DNA of 64,000 bases from a virus (lineage: Duplodnaviria > Heunggongvirae > Uroviricota > Caudoviricetes). The position numbers and the translations under genes were made by a program. The stretch lies in the IMG/VR virus record IMGVR_UViG_3300045972_000219; one strand, written 5' to 3'. Every line of letters begins with the position of its first letter. The stretch's first letter is position 1. Below, one piece after another: positions 9,238 through 17,673 of this stretch. Under the pieces are notes generated by a model. It was not told the origin of the DNA. It made no database searches and saw nothing but the letters and a program-made list of their open reading frames with translations.

Positions 9238-9642
9238 ATGAGTGAAAAAATAAACTATACAGAAAGAAATAAATATCTTACTATTGCAATAGGGAAATGC
9301 TGGCACGAGCCACATACATCTAGTCCATATCATGATGATACTATATCATGGCACTGTAAATGTGGAATGCCATCAAAGAACCATATTCCTAGAGTTGGTT
9401 TTGGAAGTGATGCAAAACCTGAATTTAAGCAATATTATGATTTTTCATCAGGTGATGGAATGCAAATATTGAAACAGTGGCTTGATAAAAAAGAAAATAA
9501 TTATTTAAATTCCAATTTCTTCACATGGGCTGAACTTCATATTAGATCAAAACCAGATAGTCCATACTGGTGGTGGTGGATTCTTCTTGATCCTGATACA
9601 TTTGCAGATACTCTCTATGAATTTTTGAAAGAAAGGGGTTAA
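9238..9642 (+). CDS. hypothetical protein (134 aa)
   Basis: Start abuts the previous stop. Confidence 0.5.
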   Translation: MSEKINYTERNKYLTIAIGKCWHEPHTSSPYHDDTISWHCKCGMPSKNHIPRVGFGSDAKPEFKQYYDFSSGDGMQILKQWLDKKENNYLNSNFFTWAELHIRSKPDSPYWWWWILLDPDTFADTLYEFLKERG

Positions 9643-9644
9643 TA

Positions 9645-9860
9645 ATGGCATTAAAAAGAATATGTGATGAATGTGGTGCTGATGCAAAGCCACACTATAA
9701 CATTAAGGTTAGAGGAAATAACTATAGAGTTATAGTTCAGAAAGTTGATTTAAAGAAAGAAGAAGATCCAGATGCAGATCTTTGTATATCGTGCCTTTCA
9801 CACAATATAAGTAAATTAGATGATACTCCTAGAGAGTGTACATGTGACTGTCACCGTTAA
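9645..9860 (+). CDS. Cys-rich protein (71 aa)
   Basis: CDECG ... CISCLSH ... CTCDCH. Confidence 0.5.
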   Translation: MALKRICDECGADAKPHYNIKVRGNNYRVIVQKVDLKKEEDPDADLCISCLSHNISKLDDTPRECTCDCHR

Positions 9861-9902
9861 AAAATAGAAGCTAAAATATCTAGGACTTAACTGGAGATAA
9901 TA

Positions 9903-10082
9903 ATGTTAGCTAAAAGAAGATTTAAAGCTAGAAAAAAGAAGAAATCAAAATTTGAAATGATTACTCCATATGAATTTGAACAAATTAAAAAGAATATAAC
10001 AACCACATTTGAAAAGTTCAAGAAACTACTTGAAAGTGAGATACATCAAGGAATAGATGTACCACCAAATTTAATGAGGTAA
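9903..10082 (+). CDS. small basic protein (59 aa)
   Basis: RBS CTGGAGATAATAATG. Lys/Arg-rich N-terminus. Confidence 0.35.
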   Translation: MLAKRRFKARKKKKSKFEMITPYEFEQIKKNITTTFEKFKKLLESEIHQGIDVPPNLMR

Positions 10083-10129
10083 AATAATAAATAACAAAAA
10101 AATATTACAATGATATCAGGAGAAGAAAT

Positions 10130-10654
10130 ATGGCAAGGACTGAAATTATGCGGAGGTACCTTCGGAAACGTGAAGTAAGGTACAAGTTAGATGAAAACTC
10201 AGGCAAGTACGTTGCTCAAAATCATAATAACCCTAAACGTGGTATTATGATTGCCTTCAAATTTGAAGGAAACATTATCATTTCATGGTCTCGTTGCGAT
10301 GTTAATGAAGATAAATGGGATAATAATAAAGCATACGATATGGCAATAAATCGTGCTAATTCATTCATCAATAAGATGAAGCTATATCCTCAGAAGGCTT
10401 CAGATATTGACTTCTATGCCAAGACTCCATTCTCTATCCGTAAAGAATTTGTGATCTTTGCAGATCGTGCAGCTAGAGTCTTTCAAGATGCTAAACTTAC
10501 TCCCTTTATGTATACAGAAGTTGAGAAGTTTAGAAACTCTAAGAAGACAAGAGATGAGAATTCTAAATTAACAACTCATTATAGTGTATTCAAAAATGTA
10601 CCACTTACATGTAAATGTGCATCTACTTGTCCAAGTTGTGATTGTGAAGGGTAA
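10130..10654 (+). CDS. hypothetical protein (174 aa) with C-terminal Cys cluster
   Basis: RBS CAGGAGAAGAAATATG. Ends ...CKCASTCPSCDCEG. Confidence 0.55.
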   Translation: MARTEIMRRYLRKREVRYKLDENSGKYVAQNHNNPKRGIMIAFKFEGNIIISWSRCDVNEDKWDNNKAYDMAINRANSFINKMKLYPQKASDIDFYAKTPFSIRKEFVIFADRAARVFQDAKLTPFMYTEVEKFRNSKKTRDENSKLTTHYSVFKNVPLTCKCASTCPSCDCEG

Positions 10655-10763
10655 TTTATTAAGTAATTAAAACCTACTAAACATCCCGATATGATATTGT
10701 ATTGGAGGAGGCACTTGGTTTGTCCTGAGATGGACTCCCAAGGGAGCAACAGGTAGGTGTATT

Positions 10764-11036
10764 ATGGAAAAGACAGTGGACACTGGACTTAGATGCTTAA
10801 CACCGCTACAATTATCTCTTTTGTTTCATTATCATCACAAGCATGAGTGCTACGATAAAGATGATTTTATCGCAGTACTCGCACATGATGAAATGAGCGA
10901 TATGGGATTATTGGAATGTAAGGCTGGTCACTGGTTTAGTACTAAGCTTGGTACTGGACATGTAAGATTCATTTTGGGTATGTCTATTCAATTAGATAGA
11001 CGTGAAAAGTGCGTGAGGCGTAGAGGTTTGATTTAA
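10764..11036 (+). CDS. hypothetical protein (90 aa)
   Basis: ORF track. Confidence 0.4.
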   Translation: MEKTVDTGLRCLTPLQLSLLFHYHHKHECYDKDDFIAVLAHDEMSDMGLLECKAGHWFSTKLGTGHVRFILGMSIQLDRREKCVRRRGLI

Positions 11037-11044
11037 TGTATATT

Positions 11045-11119
11045 GGTAAGTAACTCAGTTGGCAGAGTCCTTGACTGTTAATCAAGTTGTCGCAGGTTCG
11101 AGCCCTGCCTTACCAGCCA
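11045..11119 (+). tRNA. tRNA-Asn (anticodon GTT)
   Basis: Cloverleaf folded by hand: acceptor TGGTAAG / CTTACCA; anticodon stem CTTGA / TCAAG with loop CTGTTAA; T-arm GCAGG-TTCGAGC-CCTGC; discriminator G; encoded CCA. Confidence 0.8.
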
Positions 11120-11812
11120 TACACTTTTCTAGCTGGACTGTATTCCCTTTGATAAGGATACATATAAACTGACTTCATATCCAAACATGAAGCATCCAGC
11201 TAGATCAAGTTTGAGATAGGTTGTATAGGGGTACGTCTACTACGCCCAGTAAGTGATATATGGAACTACGAGCCTCCTATGATCACCAGAGTAGACTACG
11301 GGACTGTGACAATTGGCGAGGTCACACGTAATAAACATGAAAGGTATGAGACGAAGGCTCTCTTCCCACATGGATCAGGCAAGCTAGAAAAAGGGTACGT
11401 ACTGAAGTAGTAGGGCATTGAGACGTGGTGCTTAGCGAGGATGAATAATCCCAGACGAGTAAACCGGATAACCGAGAAAGGTACTATAAGACTGTCTCTC
11501 TAGCAACGGATAGTAGATTTTGGTCAGCGGCAAGCAGTAGTTAGCTAAAAACTTATATCATTACACTTAACTATGCTTTAATATAAGATGCTAATGAAGT
11601 TAACGTGTACCTGAGAGTGAGCCGAAACTCTCCTTGAAAATTTTATGGAACCCGTCAAGTTTGTGCTTGGACTTTGGATTCTACCCTAGACCACGTTCGA
11701 GTCGTGGATACAACTATCTCACCGGTAATGCCAGTACTATCCTTACTACCGACAACTCCTTGTGCTGAAGGGTTGCTTGAAGAAATCGGAGATGGATAAT
11801 TAAATTAATGAG
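11120..11812 (+). ncRNA. candidate structured ncRNA region (about 690 nt ORF-free, GC-elevated)
   Basis: No ORF of 60 aa or more in any frame. GC is visibly higher than in flanking coding DNA. Long-range inverted repeats (for example CTAGCTGGA...TCCAGCTAG at 11128-11205). A tRNA-like T-arm CCACG-TTCGAGT-CGTGG lies at about 11691-11707. Confidence 0.3.
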
Positions 11813-12043
11813 GTGAATATGGGAGTTCCAATTAAGAACTATAATATGAAAAAAGTAGATGCTGAAATTGATAACTTCTGTCAAGATATCACTCCAGTCA
11901 AAGAAGGTGGAACAAAAATTACTGATTTCGAAGATTTAAAAATAGCTTTTCTTGAGTTAAATGAAAAACACAATAAATTAGCTATAGACTATACTAAATT
12001 AAAATCATCTATTCGTAATCAAATGCTAATAGCAAATATTTAA
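11813..12043 (+). CDS. hypothetical protein (76 aa)
   Basis: RBS GAGGTGAATATG. Confidence 0.45.
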   Translation: MNMGVPIKNYNMKKVDAEIDNFCQDITPVKEGGTKITDFEDLKIAFLELNEKHNKLAIDYTKLKSSIRNQMLIANI

Positions 12044-12055
12044 TGGAGGAAAAAA

Positions 12056-12175
12056 TGGATAGTGCAAGTTTCTTTAGTCACGATAATCAAGCATTGCTGA
12101 TTATTGTATTTGGACTAGTTATAGCTGGACTTGGAATTTTTATATACGATAAATTCTACAAGAAAGAAGACTAAT
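12056..12175 (+). CDS. small membrane protein (39 aa)
   Basis: RBS GGAGGAAAAAATG; single TM helix. Confidence 0.35.
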
Positions 12176-12397
12176 ATGTTTGATCAGGCTACTCAAGACC
12201 AAATAGCTCATATTATGCTTAAAAGTGGAATTCCTAAACAAAAGATAGAAGCTTTAAATTATCTACAAGATACTAGTGTATTAGGTGTAGGTTTGAAGGA
12301 GACGACAATATGTGTGGATCTTCAATTAGTAGTGAAGAAAGACGAATTTTCTTTATTGAAACCAGTATTAAAGACAATGAAGTCGAGGACTTCATAA
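12176..12397 (+). CDS. hypothetical protein (73 aa; internal start of track ORF 12131..12397)
   Basis: ATG directly after the stop of the preceding mini-ORF. Confidence 0.45.
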   Translation: MFDQATQDQIAHIMLKSGIPKQKIEALNYLQDTSVLGVGLKETTICVDLQLVVKKDEFSLLKPVLKTMKSRTS

Positions 12398-12459
12398 GAG
12401 ATATAAGAGCTAAGATTGTTAGAGCTACTGATATATCGGAATTTTTAAAATAGCACTAA

Positions 12460-12543
12460 AGGGTTATGGCGGAATGGCAGACGCACTAGACTTAGGATCT
12501 AGCGGAGGAATCCATGAGAGTTCAAGTCTCTCTAACCCTACCA
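12460..12543 (+). tRNA. tRNA-Leu (anticodon TAG), class II with long variable arm
   Basis: Acceptor AGGGTTA / TAACCCT; anticodon stem CTAGA / TCTAG with loop CTTAGGA; variable arm about 15 nt; T-arm GAGAG-TTCAAGT-CTCTC; encoded CCA. Confidence 0.75.
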
Positions 12544-12562
12544 TCATTCACTGGATAATAAA

Positions 12563-13132
12563 ATGAAAAATATTGTACTTAAAAACTACTATAATGAATT
12601 AATGTTTTGTATAGCATCATTCATTACACTCATTGTAATCATAATAGAATTAAATGTATCTAGTGATTATCATTTATCATCACTATATCTCATACCAATA
12701 TGTATAGTTAGTATGTACTGTCATCCTAATCAAATATACGGAATACTTTTCTTTTGTATAGTTGGATGGACAATAACTAATTTTATTGATGATGAGTATC
12801 ATATTTCTCACATAGTAATCAATAATCTAATACGTGCAATGATATATGGCGGTGTATCATTTGTAGTGTATATGTTTAAAATTACTCTTATAAATGAGAG
12901 AATTGCACTAAATAAACTTCAAGATATCAATGATGAAATAAAGACTCTAGAGGGTTTACTTCCTATTTGTGCATGGTGTCATAAGATTAAGAATGATGAT
13001 GGTTACTGGACTAAATTAGAAGAATATGTTACTGTTCATTCAAGTGCTCATTTTACACATGGTATTTGCACTGATTGCAATACTAAGGTGTTAAATGAGT
13101 TAGAAGTTAGATATAACGAAATAGTACCTTGA
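12563..13132 (+). CDS. polytopic membrane protein with C-terminal Cys/His zinc-binding domain
   Basis: 4-5 TM helices, then LLPICAWCHKIKNDDGYW...HSSAHFTHGICTDC. I recall this motif type from C-terminal extensions of bacterial sensory proteins. Confidence 0.5.
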   Translation: MKNIVLKNYYNELMFCIASFITLIVIIIELNVSSDYHLSSLYLIPICIVSMYCHPNQIYGILFFCIVGWTITNFIDDEYHISHIVINNLIRAMIYGGVSFVVYMFKITLINERIALNKLQDINDEIKTLEGLLPICAWCHKIKNDDGYWTKLEEYVTVHSSAHFTHGICTDCNTKVLNELEVRYNEIVP

Positions 13133-13214
13133 ACGCCTATGGATGACTGCCATCTTAAGCGCATCATTCGAGGTCTATTGTCATAGTTTCAATCTTGGCA
13201 GAGAAAGAAACTAA

Positions 13215-13251
13215 AGAGCATATCCTTTATTGGATATGCTCTTATTTTTTT
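13215..13251 (+). terminator. rho-independent terminator (AGAGCATATCC-TTTATT-GGATATGCTCT plus T-run)
   Basis: 11-bp perfect stem, then a T-run. Confidence 0.7.
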
Positions 13252-13265
13252 AACACATATTATAT
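13252..13265 (+). promoter_or_regulatory. AACACATATTATAT box (copy 3)
   Basis: Exact repeat directly after the terminator T-run. Confidence 0.4.
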
Positions 13266-13428
13266 TTAAGTTACTAATTCGATTTAAGGAGATGTTATGT
13301 GGATTACTGAAAACTGTTATACTATAATGGGATGGACATGCTTTAAATTATCAATTCTTCATTCAGTAGTATCGCATACATTTTTAGATACAAATTTAAT
13401 AATACTATACTAATTAAAGGGGGATTTA

Positions 13429-13710
13429 ATGAGAAAACGTCAAATTAAAAAATTAAGAAAGAAACATATACTACATCCAAATGTAAGGGTGACATTCACT
13501 GACACTGCAGATATGTCAATTAAGGACTTTTTCTTTAATTGGAAAAGCATCGCTGTCCCTGATTCACTACAACCTCCAGTTTTTATTGAGACACAAGAAC
13601 AGTTTCTTGAGTACTTTGGTAAACCTAATCTTGAAGGGACAAAAGGTGATCATAAAGTAGCAATGGATTATTTATATGCAAGTACTATACATCATGATGA
13701 GGAGAAATAA
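13429..13710 (+). CDS. hypothetical protein (93 aa)
   Basis: RBS AAAGGGGGATTTAATG. Confidence 0.5.
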   Translation: MRKRQIKKLRKKHILHPNVRVTFTDTADMSIKDFFFNWKSIAVPDSLQPPVFIETQEQFLEYFGKPNLEGTKGDHKVAMDYLYASTIHHDEEK

Positions 13711-13711
13711 A

Positions 13712-14680
13712 ATGGTAAGATGCTTCTTTCATTCAGCTGATTTAGATGGTCATTCATCAGGTGCAATTGTGAAATATAATGTACCTAATGCTGTATTACA
13801 TGGTATAAATTATGGTCAAGACTTTCCATTTGATATAATTGATAAATCTGATGTTGTTTATATAGTAGACTTTTCTCTACCAATGGACGATATGATTAAA
13901 TTATCTCATATATGTAATCTCGTATGGATAGATCATCATAAATCTAGCATCCTTGAGTATGGAGAAAAGAAGGATCAGTTTGGTATTTCAACTACCACTT
14001 TCTTAAGAGATGGTACTGCTGCCTGTGAATTAACATGGGAGTGGTTCGCTACTGGTTTACTTCATAGTAGTGAATCTGTATGGGTAATGCCAAAAGCAAT
14101 ATATTTATTAGGTCGTTACGATGTTTGGAATTTTGAAGATGTTCCTGATTGTCTCAACTTCCAATATGGTATGAGAAATCATGACACTATTCCATATCTT
14201 CCTGCAACAGATACTAGACCTGAAATAGATAATATGCCTTTTTGGAGAGAACTATTTGATATTTCAAAAGAAGCTAGTTTGAAAATTAATCCAATAATTG
14301 AAGAAGGAAAATTTATACAAGAATATGAAGCTAAACAGAATAAGAAATATTGCGGAGCTACTGCTTTTGAAATTATGTTTAAAGGATTAAAGTGCATTTG
14401 CGTTAATAAAGCACTAACTAATTCTATAGTATTTGATAGTGTCTATGATCCATATAAGCATGATGCCATGTTATCATATTACAGAAGTAAACATGGGGAT
14501 TGGAAGGTGTCAATGTATACTACTCATGATGATGTTGATGTTTCTTTAATCTGTAAAGATATGAAGGGTGGTGGGCATAAAAAGGCGGCAGGCTTTCAAT
14601 GTATGAATATTCATGAAGTAATAGGTTATCCTCAGGTATGTTTAGACTTTCCATCATGTAGCGGAGGAAGATCAATATGA
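13712..14680 (+). CDS. DHH/DHHA1-family phosphoesterase (NrnA/RecJ-like nanoRNase or cyclic-nucleotide phosphodiesterase-like)
   Basis: DHH motif I (FFHSADLDGHSSGAI), motif III (LVWIDHHKSS) and DHHA1 motif (GGGHKKAAGF). RBS AGGAGAAATAAAATG (internal start of track ORF 13676..14680). Confidence 0.8.
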   Translation: MVRCFFHSADLDGHSSGAIVKYNVPNAVLHGINYGQDFPFDIIDKSDVVYIVDFSLPMDDMIKLSHICNLVWIDHHKSSILEYGEKKDQFGISTTTFLRDGTAACELTWEWFATGLLHSSESVWVMPKAIYLLGRYDVWNFEDVPDCLNFQYGMRNHDTIPYLPATDTRPEIDNMPFWRELFDISKEASLKINPIIEEGKFIQEYEAKQNKKYCGATAFEIMFKGLKCICVNKALTNSIVFDSVYDPYKHDAMLSYYRSKHGDWKVSMYTTHDDVDVSLICKDMKGGGHKKAAGFQCMNIHEVIGYPQVCLDFPSCSGGRSI

Positions 14681-15039
14681 GATGTGCTTTTTGTGGAAGA
14701 GAAGGGGCTACCGATTGTGGTAGCCTCACCTTTCAGTGTGAAGGAGAGTGTGATGAGACAACACTCTGTATAGATGAGAAAATGATTAGATGTAGAGAAC
14801 AAGCATATAAAGAAATTATTAGATCTAATCCTTTAGTCTATAATACTTTAAGAGCTGGTGGAACTGATGTAGATGTAATAATTAGTCTTGTAAAAGAGAA
14901 TGAAGATTACAAGAATAGACTTCTTAAAAATTATACAGAAAATCCATGTAGAACCATCATATTCAAAGGAGATTTAAATGCAAGAGCCATTGATACAATT
15001 GAAGGAAATAATTTGGGAGATAACGACAAATTGCAATAA
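14677..15039 (+). CDS. Cys-rich protein (120 aa)
   Basis: N-terminal CAFCG..CGS..CEGEC..C cluster. 3' end overlaps the next gene by about 60 nt. Confidence 0.45.
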   Translation: MRCAFCGREGATDCGSLTFQCEGECDETTLCIDEKMIRCREQAYKEIIRSNPLVYNTLRAGGTDVDVIISLVKENEDYKNRLLKNYTENPCRTIIFKGDLNARAIDTIEGNNLGDNDKLQ

Positions 15040-16033
15040 TGGGTGTAATTATTGCGGTAGTAAAGATATCCTAAACAATGATGCACCTAATAGAATTCAG
15101 ACTATCTGTGATGAGATAGCTGAATATGTTGCAACTGTTGAAGGAACTGTCTCTATCGACATCTCAGGTGGAGATCCGTTATCTTGTTTCTATGCCGATC
15201 ATCAGTATATAATAGATGTAATGCCAGAGAATGTTCGTCTTAAGATACTCGTTAATCCTTTATCATTTTCTAAAGTTGAGATGAGTTCATGGATCAACAT
15301 CCTTAAGATGTACTATTGGGTTGGGATTAGTGTCAATACTATTGAAGAACTTAATGCTCTTAAATACTATTGGCATATGTTTAAGGCTAATGAAGTCAAT
15401 GTAACGATTATCTCTAATTTCTCCCGAGACAATATCTGGCATTATGATGATATTGAATCATTTGTTATTGGCGATCATCCAATTGATGAAGATCAATTAA
15501 CTTGGCAAATTCAATACACAATGGGTGATAACTCCACTGCAATCTATACTAATTCAGATGCACTTAGTATGTTCTTTAACAAGATTACAAACTCTTTTAA
15601 TAATGGTCGTAAATTAGTAATTGCAGATAATATGAATGAAGGAGAATGTTCTGCAGGTAAATATTCTTTAGGTATCCTTCAAAATGGAGATGTAGTTGCA
15701 TGTCTTTCCATGAGAAGTTGGGGTACTCCTGAATCTATGGGTAATATATTAGATACTAAACTATCTACTATATGGGAAAATAACTTTGGGTACTTTAGGA
15801 CACAATCATTTAAGTGCTGTAAAGACGTTTGTAATGCACCCTACTGTGCTGAAACTAAATCAAGATCTATGATGGATATGCTCACTAATCCTAGAGTTCC
15901 AAATCCTAAACCAAAACCATTCACACCACTTCCTGGAATGACTTGTGTATATGGAGTAACCACTAATCCATTATATCCAGGTAATGTATTTGTGTATGGT
16001 GTTGCAACAGACGGTCCAATTCTAAATAAATAG
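14978..16033 (+). CDS. radical SAM enzyme with SPASM/twitch-like C-terminal Cys cluster
   Basis: CNNGCNYCG is a Cx3Cx2C motif. SGGDPL glycine-rich SAM motif. C-terminal region has at least 7 Cys (CSAG...ACLSM...CC..C..C). RBS AAAGGAGATTTAAATG. Confidence 0.7.
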   Translation: MQEPLIQLKEIIWEITTNCNNGCNYCGSKDILNNDAPNRIQTICDEIAEYVATVEGTVSIDISGGDPLSCFYADHQYIIDVMPENVRLKILVNPLSFSKVEMSSWINILKMYYWVGISVNTIEELNALKYYWHMFKANEVNVTIISNFSRDNIWHYDDIESFVIGDHPIDEDQLTWQIQYTMGDNSTAIYTNSDALSMFFNKITNSFNNGRKLVIADNMNEGECSAGKYSLGILQNGDVVACLSMRSWGTPESMGNILDTKLSTIWENNFGYFRTQSFKCCKDVCNAPYCAETKSRSMMDMLTNPRVPNPKPKPFTPLPGMTCVYGVTTNPLYPGNVFVYGVATDGPILNK

Positions 16034-16043
16034 GAGATTAATA

Positions 16044-16349
16044 ATGTCTATAACTTACAAATATGGTTTATCATTTAACTGTGAGACATCTAGTGATGAT
16101 GATATTGGTGATTGCAGTGGTACTTTAGATGCTGTAAGTAACGATCTAGATAAGATAATTAAATGGGCAGTTGAAGGTGATAGTGACTTTGATGGTGAGA
16201 TATTAACTGATCATGAACTCATTGGTGAAGAAGTGTGTGATCTTGGAGGAGAGATTGTAGCTGTCCTTGTTGAAAAAGGTGATGAAGATCAATGTGCTGT
16301 AGCTGTAATATTTGAAGAAGCAGAGTATAAGACTATCATATTAGAATAG
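16044..16349 (+). CDS. acidic Cys-containing small protein (101 aa), candidate partner or substrate of the radical SAM enzyme
   Basis: Immediately downstream of the radical SAM gene. Asp/Glu-rich with 5 Cys. Confidence 0.45.
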   Translation: MSITYKYGLSFNCETSSDDDIGDCSGTLDAVSNDLDKIIKWAVEGDSDFDGEILTDHELIGEEVCDLGGEIVAVLVEKGDEDQCAVAVIFEEAEYKTIILE

Positions 16350-16353
16350 AAAT

Positions 16354-16393
16354 AAGCGAGTATACCTTAATTGGTATACTCGCTTATTTTTTT
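16354..16393 (+). terminator. rho-independent terminator (13-bp stem, loop TTAATT, T-run)
   Basis: AAGCGAGTATACC-TTAATT-GGTATACTCGCTT followed by ATTTTTTT. Confidence 0.75.
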
Positions 16394-16407
16394 AACACAT
16401 ATTATAT
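16394..16407 (+). promoter_or_regulatory. AACACATATTATAT box (copy 4)
   Basis: Exact repeat directly after the terminator. Confidence 0.4.
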
Positions 16408-16436
16408 CTTAGTCAAATAAAACTAAAGGAGGTTAT

Positions 16437-16676
16437 ATGATATTAAATGGAATGATAGAAAGAGATATTAGAATTCGTGTTGAAGTAGAAATTACTGAAA
16501 ATAATAATTATACGTGGAAAAGAGATCCGACTGAATATGCTAAAGAAGTCATAGGAAAAATGACATGTAGTAAATTTGATATAATGCTTTACTCTGAAAT
16601 TTATCCAGAGGTTAATGTGATAAAAGTATTTATTAACGATTTTCAGACTATGCAATTTATTAGGGAGACTATATGA
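16437..16676 (+). CDS. hypothetical protein (79 aa)
   Basis: RBS AAAGGAGGTTATATG. Confidence 0.45.
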   Translation: MILNGMIERDIRIRVEVEITENNNYTWKRDPTEYAKEVIGKMTCSKFDIMLYSEIYPEVNVIKVFINDFQTMQFIRETI

Positions 16677-17095
16677 GAGAATACAAATTCGTTGGAGAAA
16701 CTGAAATTGATGAGATAGCTAACCTTCTTGAGTTAGAAGATAGTACTGTCCGTCTCATCTATGGAATCGAACAAAATAAAAATGGTTGGGATGCAGTATC
16801 CTATGTAGTCTACAGCGGCCACATTATCTTTGGTAGTTCAAAGAATGTTAATCCACCTAGTGGAATGAGTGCATTTGTACTTGACTCTACACATCCAGTA
16901 TTTGAAAAAAGTGATATTATAAGCACTCTTCATGTTATGGAATTTTGTATGATGGCTGAAGGAGCCACTATTAATTTATTCTTAAATGATTGTCAAGAAT
17001 TAGACAAAGCTAGACCTTCAGCAACATGTTACTGGTTTTTCAGAAAATATACTGATCTTTTAGAACATACACTATCACAATATCGAGGAGAATAA
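16673..17095 (+). CDS. hypothetical protein (140 aa)
   Basis: ORF track. Confidence 0.5.
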   Translation: MREYKFVGETEIDEIANLLELEDSTVRLIYGIEQNKNGWDAVSYVVYSGHIIFGSSKNVNPPSGMSAFVLDSTHPVFEKSDIISTLHVMEFCMMAEGATINLFLNDCQELDKARPSATCYWFFRKYTDLLEHTLSQYRGE

Positions 17096-17098
17096 AAT

Positions 17099-17470
17099 AT
17101 GAAAATAGTAGAAGAAAAATTAAATTTAATTTGCGATAATTGTGGTGAGAGAAATGGTCTTCATTCGTTAATTAATTTAACATGTCCATCTAAAAAACAA
17201 CGATTAACAGGAGTAACTGAATGGGATGAATCCAGTAAGTTCAAATTAAAACCTGAAGATAGGGAAACTGAATTACAGATTCTTAAAGATTTAATTAAAA
17301 AACATGAGTATTCTTGCATTAAAGCTTATGAAAAAATAGATCTAGAGTTAATGATTAAACAAGGAGATATTATTACTGCACACTTGATTGATCAGACTCT
17401 TAAAAATGTGTCTATAATTAATTATAGTGCAGGAATTACTGACAATGTAGATTTTCTAGAGGAGAAGTAA
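17099..17470 (+). CDS. hypothetical protein with N-terminal zinc ribbon (123 aa)
   Basis: CDNCG ... CPSKK. Confidence 0.5.
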   Translation: MKIVEEKLNLICDNCGERNGLHSLINLTCPSKKQRLTGVTEWDESSKFKLKPEDRETELQILKDLIKKHEYSCIKAYEKIDLELMIKQGDIITAHLIDQTLKNVSIINYSAGITDNVDFLEEK

Positions 17471-17673
17471 TGGAATTCTTTATACTTGTTAGAAGAAAGA
17501 AAGGTCTCCATTATATTCAAGGTAATCTTTACTGGAAAGGACTGGACTCGGTTGAAGATATTCTGAACTGTACTAGATTTGATACAAAGAAAGAGGCTGA
17601 AGAATTCATTACTGAACGATTATATGGTTATGGACTCAAGATTAAGAAAGTTACATTAACATTGGAGGGATAA
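17470..17673 (+). CDS. hypothetical protein (67 aa)
   Basis: ORF track. Confidence 0.45.
   Translation: MEFFILVRRKKGLHYIQGNLYWKGLDSVEDILNCTRFDTKKEAEEFITERLYGYGLKIKKVTLTLEG

Noticed and set aside
11220-11715. Possible intron-interrupted tRNA: 5' acceptor GTTGTAT at 11220 and T-arm plus ATACAAC at 11691-11714
   Set aside because: A canonical D-arm or anticodon arm cannot be folded from the 5' portion (D-stem positions 10-13 / 22-25 do not pair). It is kept only as a low-confidence remark inside the ncRNA finding.
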